Positions 13,299 through 26,095 of a stretch of 64,000 bases of DNA are shown piece after piece. A model generated the notes under the pieces. It was not told the DNA's origin, did not search any database, and saw only the letters and a list, made by a program, of their open reading frames with translations. The DNA comes from Eledone cirrhosa (taxonomy: Eukaryota), in assembly GCA_964016885.1 (NCBI GenBank), contig OZ024741.1:399218001-399282000 (forward strand). The letters run 5' to 3'. Every line of letters begins with the position of its first letter. Positions within the stretch are counted from its first letter, which is position 1. The position numbers and the translations under genes are program-made.

Positions 13299-13719
13299 TA
13301 CCTATCTTCCGGCCTATCTAGAGAATCGTAAAAGCACATATCGTTATATGCTTTTTCTATGAAAATTAGTAGTGGGCAGACTAATTTGCATAGAGTGTGA
13401 GTAAGTACCGGTTCAACGGAGACGATAAAAACAAATAACGAAACGAAATTAAATTTCGTTTCGTTTGTAACTCACTTTTGTATGACTGACGCTTAAACAA
13501 TTAAGTTAAAGATGTACATCCATATATGTATACTGAAATACTAGTATGTATATGAATACACACACGTATACATATGTAGATGTACCAAGTTTTTTCACTG
13601 GTCACTTTACTGTGAGTGGCCAGCTATTCTGTATGTAAACACACAGACAAACCGGTTTTTAGAGTCATACTGTTTTTGAGGAAACACCTTTCCTCTATTC
13701 TCCAGAAAGCCAGACAAGG

Positions 13720-13764
13720 AATATTGAACTAGTTTCGTTGTTGTTACAACTCATCAGCAATATT
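13720..13764 (-). ncRNA. Minimal type I hammerhead ribozyme (466-nt unit, copy 2)
   Basis: Identical to 13254-13298 and exactly 466 nt away. Confidence 0.85.
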
Positions 13765-14014
13765 TACCTATCTTCCGGCCTCTCTATATATGGATGTACA
13801 TCTTTAACTTAATTGTTTAAGCGTCAGTCATACAAAAGTGAGTTACAAACGAAACGAAATTTAATTTCGTTTCGTTATTTGTTTTTATCGTCTCCGTTGA
13901 ACCGGTACTTACTCACACTCTATGCAAATTAGTCTGCCCACTACTAATTTTCATAGAAAAAGCATATAACGATATGTGCTTTTACGATTCTCTAGAGAGG
14001 CCGGAAGATAGGTA

Positions 14015-14059
14015 AATATTGCTGATGAGTTGTAACAACAACGAAACTAGTTCAATATT
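14015..14059 (+). ncRNA. Minimal type I hammerhead ribozyme (466-nt unit, inverted copy)
   Basis: aatattg CTGATGA gttgt aaca acaac GAAAC ta GTT caatatt: 7-bp stem I, 5-bp stem II and palindromic stem III. Confidence 0.85.
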
Positions 14060-14749
14060 CCTTGTCTGGCTTTCTGGAGAATAGAGGAAAGGTGTTTCCT
14101 CAAAAACAGTATGACTCTAAAAACCAGTTTGTCTGTGTGTTTACATACAGAATAGCTGGCCACTCACAGTAAAGTGACCAGTGAAAAAACTTGGTACATC
14201 TACATATGTATACGTGTGTGTATTCATATACATACTAGTATTTCAGTATACATATATGGATGTACATCTTTAACTTAATATAAGAATAATATTTAATAAT
14301 GTAATTTTGATTTGATATATTACAAAAAATAACGTTTTCCAATTTTTCATGCATTACATTTTATATTGAGTAATATTGAAATGCAGAGTTTTTCTCAATA
14401 AATTATATCACTGATTTAAAATAAATCATCATTTTCTTACAAAAAACAAACAAAACCAAATGTGTGAAACGCGCAAGGCGCGGGTAATTCGGCTAGTATA
14501 TATATAATATTGTACATGTTATACAATGTTTTTTTTGCTTCCTTCTAAGAATTAGTCAAATACAATGAACTCTGAAAGATTGAATAATATCGATTCCAAT
14601 TAAAATAAAAAATATGAGAAAAATGGTAAATGAACAAATATTGAATATATCGATTAATCCAGATATTCAATGACCTCGCCTGACTATTTAAAACAAATTA
14701 ACGATTGGAGATTTCATTCGGTAACAACACCTCATTCATTTTCTTTGCA

Positions 14750-15235
14750 ATCTAAACTATAATAAAGTAAGGTGTGCGGGACTGCATCCAGAATTTTTTT
14801 TAAATCCCGTTTGTAAAATAAGTTGGATTACTTTGAATAAATAATGAATGAATATTACATAATTTATCTACTAAATTTCGTTATTCTTGATTAAATATTA
14901 ATAATCTTGTGGCTTATTTTGAGATTCACTTCTTTATAAACTTTCAAATGCCAACACTTCCGGTTAGCGATCGCTTAAATAATCATTCATATATTTCTGT
15001 CACTAATTTTCTCCTACTGCAGTTTATATATAATATCTTTTTTAATGTATCGTGGATTACGTTACTGATTATATAAGACAGTGTAACACAGACTTCGTTC
15101 AATTTATGTGTATATTGTCAATTACGATGTTATTTGATTTATCATATCTACATGTATATATACTTGCGTATAATATCTATATACACACTACACATGCTAG
15201 CAGAAAACCTCCCGAAGGATGTTTTTTCTGATAGT
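14750..15235. repeat. ~490-bp dispersed repeat, inverted relative to 22860-23420
   Basis: Near-identical reverse complement, for example aatattaataatcttgtggcttattttgagattcacttctttataaactttcaaatgccaacacttcc. Confidence 0.85.
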
Positions 15236-16170
15236 GTTACTAATGCCAACAATTTGCGACACCTGTGAAAATTGTAGGTGTGTGAGGTGAAGAGAAGCCG
15301 TTGAAACTGTGTTAGTGTCTCCAACACAGAAGAGTGGTGATGACAGGGTAGAAAGTCACAGTATCACAGCTGGTTGTGCCTATATCCAGCAGACTCGGTC
15401 ACATAAGCTCTTTACTTTATAGCTTATAAACAATATATATATTTTAACAAATGCTAAAGCAGTTGATAGTTACATGCATTCCCCCTGGGACGCCAGAAGA
15501 GCCACACAGACAGTTAATCTCTCATTCAACTGACATCATTTAATATGTATGGTTTTCTAATTATTATTTCTGTATTACTCTTCTTTTGTACCTTTCTACG
15601 GAAAATGAAATAGCTTTGACGTATGCAAAGACACACACACACACACACACACGCACACCCACACACACACACGCACACACACGCACACCACACACACACA
15701 CACACACACACATACACACACACACATACATACACATATATATATAAATATATATAAATGTATGTATGTACGTATATATGTAAGTGCGCTAGGGCGAGAA
15801 ATAAAATTCTAATTCTATTTATATATGTATATATGTATAGGTGGTCATATATATAATATATAAAATCGCTTTGGCATATGCAAGCATGTTTTAAATATAT
15901 ATACACATTAGCCTCTTGGCAATACACTTCGTCTTCGTTGATTTATTATTTTAAATCGATATGGACAAACTGTAGTATAATAATTAGTATACTTCAATCT
16001 GGCTAAATTTTTCTTTTGCAATATATATACAGATGTGTTGGTATCTGTGTTTCATCACATACATATTCGTTTATATAGATATATATATATCTGTATATAT
16101 ATATAAAACATGCTTGCATATATATATATATATAATATATGTGTGTATATTTCACTCAAACACACGAACA

Positions 16171-16236
<66 letters not shown>

Positions 16237-16706
16237 AGAAACGTACTCAAATACAACAAATATATATGACTAGACAGGGAAAGAGAGAGGCGTAGTAAGA
16301 GGTGCAAGCTTTCTTCTGCACTGTAATGGCCGTAAGTTAAGAATCACGACTCCCTGCCATTAGTGGCAACTACACTATGTTAATTAAATACACTATAATT
16401 AAAAGGATATACTTTAGCGGTTTCTTGGTTAAATGTCTCCCTGGAAGTAATTTGGAAATGCCATCGTCGAATTTTGCTGAGTATATATAATCGATAATTG
16501 TTTCTACTTTAGGCGCAAGGCCAGCAATTACCCAGTACATTACTGGTACTTTATTTTATGAAAGGCAAAGTTAACCTGGGCGGGAATAATATATATAAAT
16601 AAAATATTTTTCCCAATATCACACATCAATCTAAAACCACTTTTCATATGTTGATTTAAAACTGCACTATCCACAAGTGTTTTTTAGCCTTCATATCATG
16701 TTCTCC

Positions 16707-16777
16707 TGTTTTATCTGATGAAAACACAAATATTATTGCATGATGATGTTTGTTTTTGAAATGCGCATAATAAAATA
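16707..16777 (+). ncRNA. Type I hammerhead ribozyme motif
   Basis: tgttttat CTGATGA [AU-rich stem II] GAAA t gcgc ATA ataaaata: 8-bp stem I and palindromic stem III AUGCGCAU, just upstream of (TA)n. Confidence 0.72.
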
Positions 16778-16807
16778 CATGGAACTCCTTTAACCATCTT
16801 TTGATCT

Positions 16808-16871
<64 letters not shown>

Positions 16872-17106
16872 AGTGTATGCATATATGTATATATGCATGT
16901 ATATGTATGTATGTATATATATATATATATATGTATGTATGTGTATATGTATATATATATGTATATGTATGCATGTATGTATATATATATATATATATAT
17001 AGTTATATATATATATATACGTATACATATATATATATATACATATACATGCATATATATATACATACATATGCATATATATATACATACATATGCATAC
17101 ATATAT

Positions 17107-17172
<66 letters not shown>

Positions 17173-17256
17173 GTTATTCCGGGTTGAATCGGAGGTAACG
17201 ACAGTAAGTAAGGTACTCAATACATAGCAAAGTATAAAAGTTTTAATATAGATGAG

Positions 17257-17303
17257 ATTCTACAGGACTAGAACTGTTTCATTCTTTAGAAATCATCAGG
17301 AAT
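17257..17303 (-). ncRNA. Type I hammerhead ribozyme motif
   Basis: AUUC-CUGAUGA-uUUC uaaa GAAu-GAA-ACAG uucuaguc CUGU-A-GAAU: 4-bp stem III and a GUA site. Sister copy at 40735-40783. Confidence 0.72.
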
Positions 17304-17335
17304 ATATATACATATATATACATATATACACACAC

Positions 17336-17376
<41 letters not shown>

Positions 17377-17382
<6 letters not shown>

Positions 17383-17792
17383 TGTGAGGTTTTTTTTACA
17401 AAATGAAAAATAACCGAGGTGTCCTACACGAGTGAAAGTATAAAGAAAAAGAGATGAAATCGAAAATGCAACTGAAGTCTTATTTTTAAAAAAAATATAT
17501 ATATTTATTTGGTTCCTTTACCGGTTTCGCAGTTCTGCTTTTCTAAAGGTGAGTTGAGATGGAGGGTCTGTGGTTTTTCTCACATCTGGTTGGTCTCACA
17601 TCTGGTTGGTCTCTGAATATAAAACAAGTAACATTCAAAGACCAACCAGATGTGAGAAAAACCACAGACCCTCCATCTCAACTCACCTTTTGAAAAGCAG
17701 AAGAACTGTGAAACCGGTAAAGGAACCAAATAAATATATATATTTAAAAAAAAAATAAGACTTCAGTTGCATTTTCGATTTCATCTCTTTTT

Positions 17793-17799
<7 letters not shown>
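17377..17799. mobile_element. Fold-back element with decayed HHR
   Basis: Arms at 17439-17617 and 17632-17799. The segment 17686-17723 reads cctt-ttgaaaa-gcag aagaa ctgt-GAAAC-cg-GTA-aagg, with the core mutated but the stems retained. Confidence 0.8.
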
Positions 17800-17868
<69 letters not shown>

Positions 17869-17897
17869 ATAATGTGGTTGTTCGCATGTATTAGTAG

Positions 17898-17934
<37 letters not shown>

Positions 17935-17963
17935 CTTATCTATGTTCACACCTACGGATATTG

Positions 17964-18066
<103 letters not shown>

Positions 18067-18151
18067 AATATATATATGGGAGAGAGGGGAAAGAGATAGA
18101 TAGATAGATATATATATAGATAGAAAGATAGAGAGAGATAGAGAGATAGAG

Positions 18152-18242
<91 letters not shown>

Positions 18243-18428
18243 GATAGACAGAGAGAGAGAGAGAGAGAGAGAGGAGAGGATACTCCAACACTTTAATTTA
18301 ATATCATTAATATATCATTAATCATTATCATTTTGCCTCAAAATATTTAATTTCATACAGAATTTTCAGATATGCACAAAAATCCTCTGGTCCCTAATTT
18401 CAACCTATTTTAAAACTACTAAGAGACC

Positions 18429-18483
<55 letters not shown>

Positions 18484-18530
18484 CATTATTATTTTTATTA
18501 TTATTATTATTATTATTATTGTTATTATTA

Positions 18531-18592
<62 letters not shown>

Positions 18593-18989
18593 ATGCAAGG
18601 ATATTTATTTTGGATCGTATTACAAACGAGCATGTCTGCATGTGTTGAAGTAGTCGGCTGTCAAAAAGTATCTACTGACTAAAATAAAGAGAAATGCACA
18701 TTTTATTCGGTCGAAATACAAACAAATGGCACATGTTTAACTGGTTTGTGACGTCACATTACAATAATAAATATGGCCGACAGTTATTTCTTAAAATTTG
18801 ATTTCAGACTAAATACAAATGGCAACATAAGATTATGTTTCTTATTTGAAACAATTTACTAAATATTTTCCATTTTATTACATTTTTTTCCATTTTATTA
18901 CATTTTTTCATCCCCTTCAAAATTTAGTGAGATAGGCCGAAATTATGACCACCCGTCTAGAATAAGAACAGCACTGTTTATTATAACTG

Positions 18990-19385
18990 GATTGGCAGAA
19001 TCAGTAGAGCCTCGGACACCATACTTTGTAGCATAGAGTTACGACCCTTTGCGTTCTGAGTTCAAATTCCGCTGAGCTTAACTTTGCCTTTCATTCTTAC
19101 ACAGGTCGTTAAAATTCGTACAAGTAACGCACATAGATCGATTTAATTGATTTCCCCCCCTCCAAAATAGTTGGTCTTGTGACTAAATCAGGAGCCATTA
19201 TGATTGGCAGTATCGGTAGAGTGTCGGGAGCCATGCTTTGCAGCAAAGAGATACGGCCCTTTATGCTCTGAGTTTCAAATCTCGCCGAGGTTAACTTTCC
19301 CTTTCATCCTTACGGGGTCGATAAAATAAAGTACCAGTAATGTACTGCGTAATTGCTGGCCTTGTGCCAAATGTAGAAACAATTA
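18990..19385 (+). mobile_element. Two tandem SINE group A copies
   Basis: tggcagtatcggtagag head, gagttcaaat B-box-like motif, core and agtagaaacaattat tail. Confidence 0.85.
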
Positions 19386-19545
19386 TTTGTGTGTGTGTGT
19401 ATGGAAGAGAGAAATAATCAGTTATCTGATGTTTTTGAACTGACCGGTTTCAGCTATAGGTTCATTTGAGAGGGTACATTCGCGCTGGGGCTGTGTATTC
19501 TTTTTAAATATACATATACTCATTTGAGTGTGTGTGTCTGAACTA

Positions 19546-19742
19546 GTGTACATGCAGGGACGTTAATGTACATGCAGGGACGTTAATGTACATGCAGGGA
19601 CGTTAATGTACATGCAGGGACGTTAGTGTACATGCAGGGACGTTAATGTACATGCAGGGACGTTAGTGTACATGCAGGGACGTTAGTGTACATGAGGGAC
19701 GTTAATGTACATGAGGGACGTTTATGTACATGAGGGACGTTT
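19546..19742. repeat. 20-bp minisatellite (tgtacatgcagggacgttaa), ~10 copies
   Basis: Direct tandem repeats. Confidence 0.95.
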
Positions 19743-19827
19743 AGGCGGTTGAAACATGTATCAAATCGTCACAAAATTATCTTTGTTTCAGCTTAAAAGT
19801 AAATTGTAATATAAAGATAAACATGAA

Positions 19828-20388
19828 AAATAACTGCCACTGCTACTCTGCTGCAGCTGTTGCCTCCACCACAACCTCTACTAAGTATAAAATAACTGCC
19901 ACTGCTACTCTGCTGCAGCTGTTGCCTCCACCACAACATCTACTAAGTATAAAATAACTGCGACTGCTACTCTGCTGCAGCTGTTGCCTCCACCACAACC
20001 TCTACTAAGTATAAAATAACTGCCACTGCTACTCTGCTGCAGCTGTTGCCTCCACCACAACATCTACTAAGTATAAAATAACTGCCACTGCTACTCTGCT
20101 GCAGCTGTTGCCTCCACCACAACCTCTACTAAGTATAAAATAACTGCCACTGCTACTCTGCTGCAGCTGTTGCCTCCACCACAACATCTACTAAGTATAA
20201 AATAACTGCCACTGCTACTCTGCTGCAGCTGTTGCCTCCACCACAACCTCTACTAAGTATAAAATAACTGCCACTGCTACTCTGCTGCAGCTGTTGCCTC
20301 CACCACAACCTCTACTAAGTATAAAATAACTGCCACTGCTACTCTGCTGCAGCTGTTGCCTCCACCACAACCTCTACTAAGTATAAAA
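19828..20388. repeat. 62-bp minisatellite, ~9 copies
   Basis: aaataactgccactgctactctgctgcagctgttgcctccaccacaacctctactaagtata repeated nearly identically. Confidence 0.97.
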
Positions 20389-21228
20389 TGTAGAAAATAT
20401 ACCGAAAATATTGAATAGAAAGCGAAAGATATTTGAAAATAAAAATAAACAGCACACACATACACATATGTATATATAGATATAAATAGATAAAACAGCA
20501 TAAATAAACACACACGCATATATATATATATATATATATATATAAACAAACATAAATTATCGAGATTCGCATTTCGGCCCATGAAATAAGGAAAAACAAC
20601 CTCCAAGATGTGAGGCAAGTGCTCAATGGTTGAGATGAACCAGAGCTATAACAAACGTTAAAGGCCAAACACACTGAGACGATGGTTAAACAATCATTCG
20701 CATAGCCAAAAAAACGATCAAGTAATTCGGGTATTGAAAATTTACCCGGACCCCTGGAAGGTTGGTAAAATCCAGTATATGGGTTTCTGCGGCTCCTAAA
20801 TCAAGTACCGTCCGCTTACATAAATAATGTCAGGCTTCTGGTAAGATGATTGAACAAGGAAGCCACTTTCTCAACAGGTTTTAGTTCAATGTTAATACAA
20901 GGACTGACTATTGCTGACTGCACGTGGGGATCGACAAGGGAGGCAGCCCCTATATCAGGCGAATAAATTCAGTTGTGTATATTTTTGCAAGAATGCAAAA
21001 AACATCACAAATCGAATAGAGTTCTCAACAGAAGGGTTAAAATTAACATGAGCTATTCATCAGTCAATAGAATCAACTAAAAAATCAAGAAAATTAACTG
21101 GTCAATAGCTAGAGTCTGGAGATAAATACAAATATAATATATATATAAAATAACGTTTTCGCTCTACATGGCTGATCAGTCACTGTGTATTTTTGAAAAT
21201 AGCATATATTTTCACTAGCTCTGACAGT

Positions 21229-21308
21229 TTGGCAGGTGAACAGTTAGCTGTACTGATGAAGGGTGATACCCAGAAACATTAGTGTCTGCAGTTCTGTTCA
21301 CATGCCAA
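21229..21308 (+). ncRNA. Canonical extended type I hammerhead ribozyme
   Basis: gctgta CTGATGA a GGGT gat ACCC a GAA ACA ttag TGT C tgcagt, with the GUC site ending at 21286. Stem I extends past a bulge as ttggcaggtgaacag/ctgttcacatgccaa. Confidence 0.85.
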
Positions 21309-21422
21309 CACAAGAGCGAGCATGAAGGGTTCATTCTACTGACATGGCTATAAAATTGAGGCTTGCTTTCATAATTACAAACGAATCGAATGTTATTATT
21401 AATATTTGAAAACTCAGATTAC

Positions 21423-21540
<118 letters not shown>

Positions 21541-21780
21541 GTTTCTTTATTTGCCCCAAGGGCGTAAAAGAAACGGGACATTACAGGACGTGATGATAGA
21601 TAGATAGGTAGATGGAGAGAAAGATTGATAGATTGGCAGATGGATAGATAGATTCACAGATAGACAAATATATAGACCATCAGATAGACAAATAAATAGA
21701 TTCACAGATAGATAGATATACGGATAGATAGACAGACAGACAGACAGACAGATAAATATATATGTAGATAGATAGATATA

Positions 21781-22635
21781 TTTCTTTATTTGCCACAAGG
21801 GCGCACAAGAAAAGGGGACAATACAAAGACACATGCCGCTGATTTTACATACAGTCATGTAAAAAAATAAATATATAAAACAGACAATTATAACAATCGA
21901 AATCCCCAATAGGGGAGAGACGCCACAAATGGGTTGTTTAATACCCCGTCGATAGAACAACCTTCAACTTCAGGAGCGTGTTGTGCAAGTGCTCCTTCTT
22001 CCTTTTGCTCTCTTCTTTAACCTACAGGCTTATAAACAGAGAAGGCCCAATCACTCGGGCCATTTTCGCTTCATTCACCCACCTTTCAGTAAATTTACTG
22101 GGGTGCAGTGCCTCTCTCTCCACCCTGATTCTCCTTCTAAAGTGATACTTAAAGAAGGGAATCAATTGTTGTCCGGAGAGAAAGGCATCTGTCCTCAGTC
22201 CTCTCAATCTCGTCCACCATATAACCTCTTTCACCATAGCCACTGTACAGAGGAAAACCGCCTCTCTTTCGTTTTTGAAAGAGGCTGGCGGTTTGATCCT
22301 TACTATGGACTCGGCAGTCAACTGGATTTGTCCCATACGCGACAGCACTTGTTCTGCGTAGTTCCACAGGTCGCTTACGCCCGAGCGGTGTACAATTGCG
22401 TGCAAGACGGTTTCAATGTCCTGCTCGCATCTTGGACACGTCCTCTTGGAAGGATCCCTGCCGGGGCGTCCGTGCCTGTAAATCTTATCTCGAACGGGTA
22501 GAGCTCCTCGGTAGCACTGCCAGGCCAGGGACCTCTGGAAGTTGTCCATAGGTCCCGGGCGGAAAGTCCTACCGAACAGACTGGTGAGCTCGTCGTCTTC
22601 GACGCCTAGGTCTCCCCGAGCACGTCGTCGCACTT
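21781..22635 (-). mobile_element. Tx1-like LINE 3' fragment (ORF2 C-terminus with zinc knuckle, 3' UTR, (ATCT)n)
   Basis: ORF 22022-22633 contains RSLAWQCYRGALPVRD and CPRCEQDIETVLHA (zf-RVT-like). Both ends lie in GATA repeats, and an extra 3' tip is at 21541-21590. Confidence 0.85.
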
Positions 22636-22859
22636 GTAGATAGATTGATAAATAGATAGATAAATAGATATGTTAAACTGTCTACTACATAGTGTAAAGT
22701 TAGGTTTTAGGTTAAAACTGAGAATTTGTTTGCTATTCGTATACCACAGTTTTTTTAATCTATGTTACGTTAAAAATCGCATAACATGAAATCTAGTTTG
22801 ATCTAGGTTACGTTAAATATCACATAGCGTAAAACCTGAGTTTAATCTATGTTACGTTA

Positions 22860-23420
22860 GATATCACTATCAGAAAAACCACCCTCTGGTGGTTTTCTGT
22901 TAGCATGTGTAGTGTGCATATTGATATTATACGCAAGTATATATGCATGTAGATATGATACATCAAATAAAATCGTAATTGACAATATACACAGAAATTG
23001 AACGAAGACTGTGTTACACTCTCTTATGTAATCAATAACGTAATCCATGATACATTAAAAAAGACGATATTATATATAAACTGCATTAGGAGAAAATTAG
23101 TGACAGAAATATATGAATGTTTATATAAGCGATCGTTAATCGGAAGTGTTGGCATTTGAAAGTTTATAAAGAAGTGAATCTCAAAATAAGCCACAAGATT
23201 ATTAATATTTAATCAAGAATAACGAAATTTAGTAGATAAATTATGTAATATTCATTCATTATCCCGCCGTGGTTGACTTTGCCTTTCATCCTTACAGGGT
23301 CGATAAAATAAAGTACCAGTAATGCACTGGGTAATTGCTGGCCTTGTGCCTAAAGTAGAAACAATTATTTATTCAAAGTAATCCAACTTATTTTACAAAC
23401 GGGATAATTATTATAGTTTA
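22860..23420. repeat. Second copy of the ~490-bp repeat, with a 5'-truncated SINE A at ~23262-23368
   Basis: Reverse complement of 14750-15235, which lacks the SINE and so shows the empty site. Confidence 0.85.
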
Positions 23421-23421
23421 G

Positions 23422-24120
23422 ATAGCGTAAAACCTGACTTTGATGTATGGTACGTTAAATATCACAGCGTAAAACCTGACTTTGGTGTATGATACGTTAC
23501 ATATCATAGCGTAAAACCTGACTTTGATCTATGGTACGTTAAATATCACAGCGTAAAACCTGACTTTGATATATGGTACGTTAAATATCACAGCGTAAAA
23601 CCTGACTTTGATGTATAGTACGTTAAATATCATAGCGTAAAACCTGACTTTGATGTATGGTACGTTAAATATCATAGCGTAAACCCTGACTTTGATGTAT
23701 AGTACGTTAAATATCACAGCGTAAAACCTGACTTTGATGTATAGTACGTTACATATCACAGCGTAAAACCTGATTTTGATGTATGGTACGTTAAATATCA
23801 CAGCGTAAAAACCAAGTTTGATCTATGGTACGTTAAATATCACAGCGTAAAACCTGACTTTGATGTTCGGTACGTTAAATATCACAGCGTAAAAACCAAG
23901 TTTGATCTATGGAACGTTAAATATCACAGCGTAAAACCCGAGTTTGATCTATAGTACGTTAAATATCACAGCGTAAAACCCGAGTTTGATCTATAGTACG
24001 TTAAATATCACAGCGTAAAACCCGAGTTTGATCTATAGTACGTTAAATATCACAGCGTAAAACCTGAGTTTGATCTATGGTACGTTGAAGAACACGTAGC
24101 GTAAAACCTGAGCTTGATGT
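23422..24120. repeat. 42-bp minisatellite, ~16 copies (degenerate units also at 22690-22865)
   Basis: agcgtaaaacctgactttgatgtatggtacgttaaatatcac in tandem. Confidence 0.95.
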
Positions 24121-24169
24121 TTGAAAAAACATGTTTCATGGCGGACAACCGCCATGGAACATGTAGTAA

Positions 24170-24792
24170 ATGTATCGCAAAGCATTTTGTTCGACGCTCT
24201 GAAGATTCTGCCAATCAATTATGATAATAACTCTTTCTTTCTAGTGGAAAGACCAACAAATTGGCGGAAAGAGTAAATTCGATTATATCGACCCGAGTAC
24301 GTTACTGATACTTTATTTTATCGAACACAGAAGGGTGTAAGTCAAATTTGACCTCGGCGAGATTTGAACTCAGAATGTAACAAAAGCCGTAACTAAATTC
24401 GTGAGGCATTTTTTCCGATGCTCTGCCGATTCTGCTAAACTGCCGGCCTTTGATAATGGTTTCTGATTAAAGCACAAGGCCAACAATATTTAGGGAAAGG
24501 GAAAGTCGATTAAATCGACTGCAGTATATTACTGGTACTTTATTTTATCGACCTGGTAAGGATGAAAGGCAAAGCTAAACTCCATGGGATTTGAAATAAT
24601 AATAATAATAACTATTTCTACTTTTGGCACAAGGCCAGCAATTATCCCAGTGCATTACTGGTACTTTATTTTATCGACCCCGTAAGGATGAAAGGCAAAG
24701 TTAACCTCGGCGAGATTTGAACTCAGACCATAAAGGGCCGTAACTCTATGCTGCAAAGCATGGCCTCCGACCCTCTACCGATACTGTCAATA
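24170..24792 (-). mobile_element. Cluster of SINE group A copies of different ages
   Basis: Repeated ctggtactttattttatcgacc...aaggatgaaaggcaaag cores. Confidence 0.8.
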
Positions 24793-25514
24793 CAAATAAT
24801 AACAATAACAATAATTTCTGCATTCGGATAAAGAAACACACGGCAGAAGAACACACGGGTAGAGCGGGGGAATGTGAATGTGGCGTCCCCCCGACTTCCT
24901 CAGGAGTTACGGGACTATACATACTAGATAGAGAGGGGGGAAACTGCGTGACCTTTCTCGTCAAAGGAAGGCGGTGGCATGATCTTTATAATGGACTCGA
25001 CTGACAACCGGATCCGCCTTAAACGTGACAACAGTCGTTTGACATAACTCCACAAATCGACAATGACAGGGAACGGAATGAGCGAATATAAGAAGAGTTT
25101 AGTTGCTCGGCACGCGTCTCGGATAGATCCGGCTGGCAGTAATAGTTTCCGATATTTATGTTGTTTTACTACAATTTCTCGAATATTTCTGCTAATCTAC
25201 ATACTAACATATCTGATTATAACAATGTTTACCAATTATGGAGCCATCAATTAATAATGATTCTCACATATTTTACGGACGAGTGGTTTTCTAAGCTTCA
25301 TCTTAAGTAGTTGTAATTGTTGTTGTTTTGGTTACTTTAACAGATGAATTCATGGAGGTTATACTTGATTAATGGTGGCGACAATGACGTTTTCAATATA
25401 TCATACATATGATTCTCATGTAAATGTGTATACACACACACACACACACATATACATATACACTAACAGTGCAATATATGTGTTTGTCCTGTAAATATAT
25501 ATATATATATATAT

Positions 25515-25826
25515 TTGGCTTGGCAGGAAGGTGCTGACGATAGCTAATAAGCTTGAAACTAGTACATCGTTCCTTTGTCAGTGTTGAACAAAAGGGCAAC
25601 GTTGGTTGCTAGACACTGTATGGCTTAATTCGGGATGTTTGTTTACAAACAAACCGAGCTTATAATAAATGTTCGGTAAATCCATACGTACATATATATA
25701 TGTGTGCATGTATGTATATATATACATACTACTGTACGTCTGTATACATATATGTACGTATACATACTTATATTTAAGTAACAGCCGTACTAAGAGTGAG
25801 AAATGAAATTTCGTTTCATTTTTTCC

Positions 25827-25830
<4 letters not shown>
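25515..25830 (+). mobile_element. Partial copy of the 445-nt HHR unit
   Basis: Reverse-complement homologue of 50976-51295, lying between (TA)n tracts. Confidence 0.8.
25526..25573 (+). ncRNA. Minimal type I hammerhead ribozyme
   Basis: ggaaggtg CTGACGA t AGCT aata AGCT t GAAAC ta GTA catcgttcc. Confidence 0.8.
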
Positions 25831-25888
<58 letters not shown>

Positions 25889-25971
25889 GCATAATACATG
25901 CATTTCTGTCATGTAAATATATATATACATACATATACACATTAACAACAGTATACGTGCGTTTCTCTCTC

Positions 25972-26043
<72 letters not shown>

Positions 26044-26044
26044 G

Positions 26045-26076
<32 letters not shown>

Positions 26077-26095
26077 TATGTGTATATATATATAT

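Larger units (their letters stand above)
12959..14279. mobile_element. Retrozyme-like insertion: 466-nt HHR-bearing unit, ~1.8 tandem copies plus ~1.06 inverted copy
   Basis: The unit starts at 12959 and again at 13425, and the inverted copy spans 13786-14279. The copies differ at about 2 positions. Target-site duplication aatataagaat(aa) at 12950 and 14277. Confidence 0.85.
12666..14496 (+). mobile_element. Helitron-like element copy 2, interrupted by a 1.32-kb insertion
   Basis: 12666-12960 and 14277-14496 join to give the reverse complement of 7341-7840. It ends ...cgcgggtaattcggCTAG|t. Confidence 0.75.

Noticed and set aside
19828-20388. 62-bp array as a CRISPR or coding repeat
   Set aside because: The units are near-identical with no spacers, so this is an ordinary minisatellite.
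23529-23801. 14-aa repeat protein ORF
   Set aside because: It is the reading frame of the 42-bp minisatellite.
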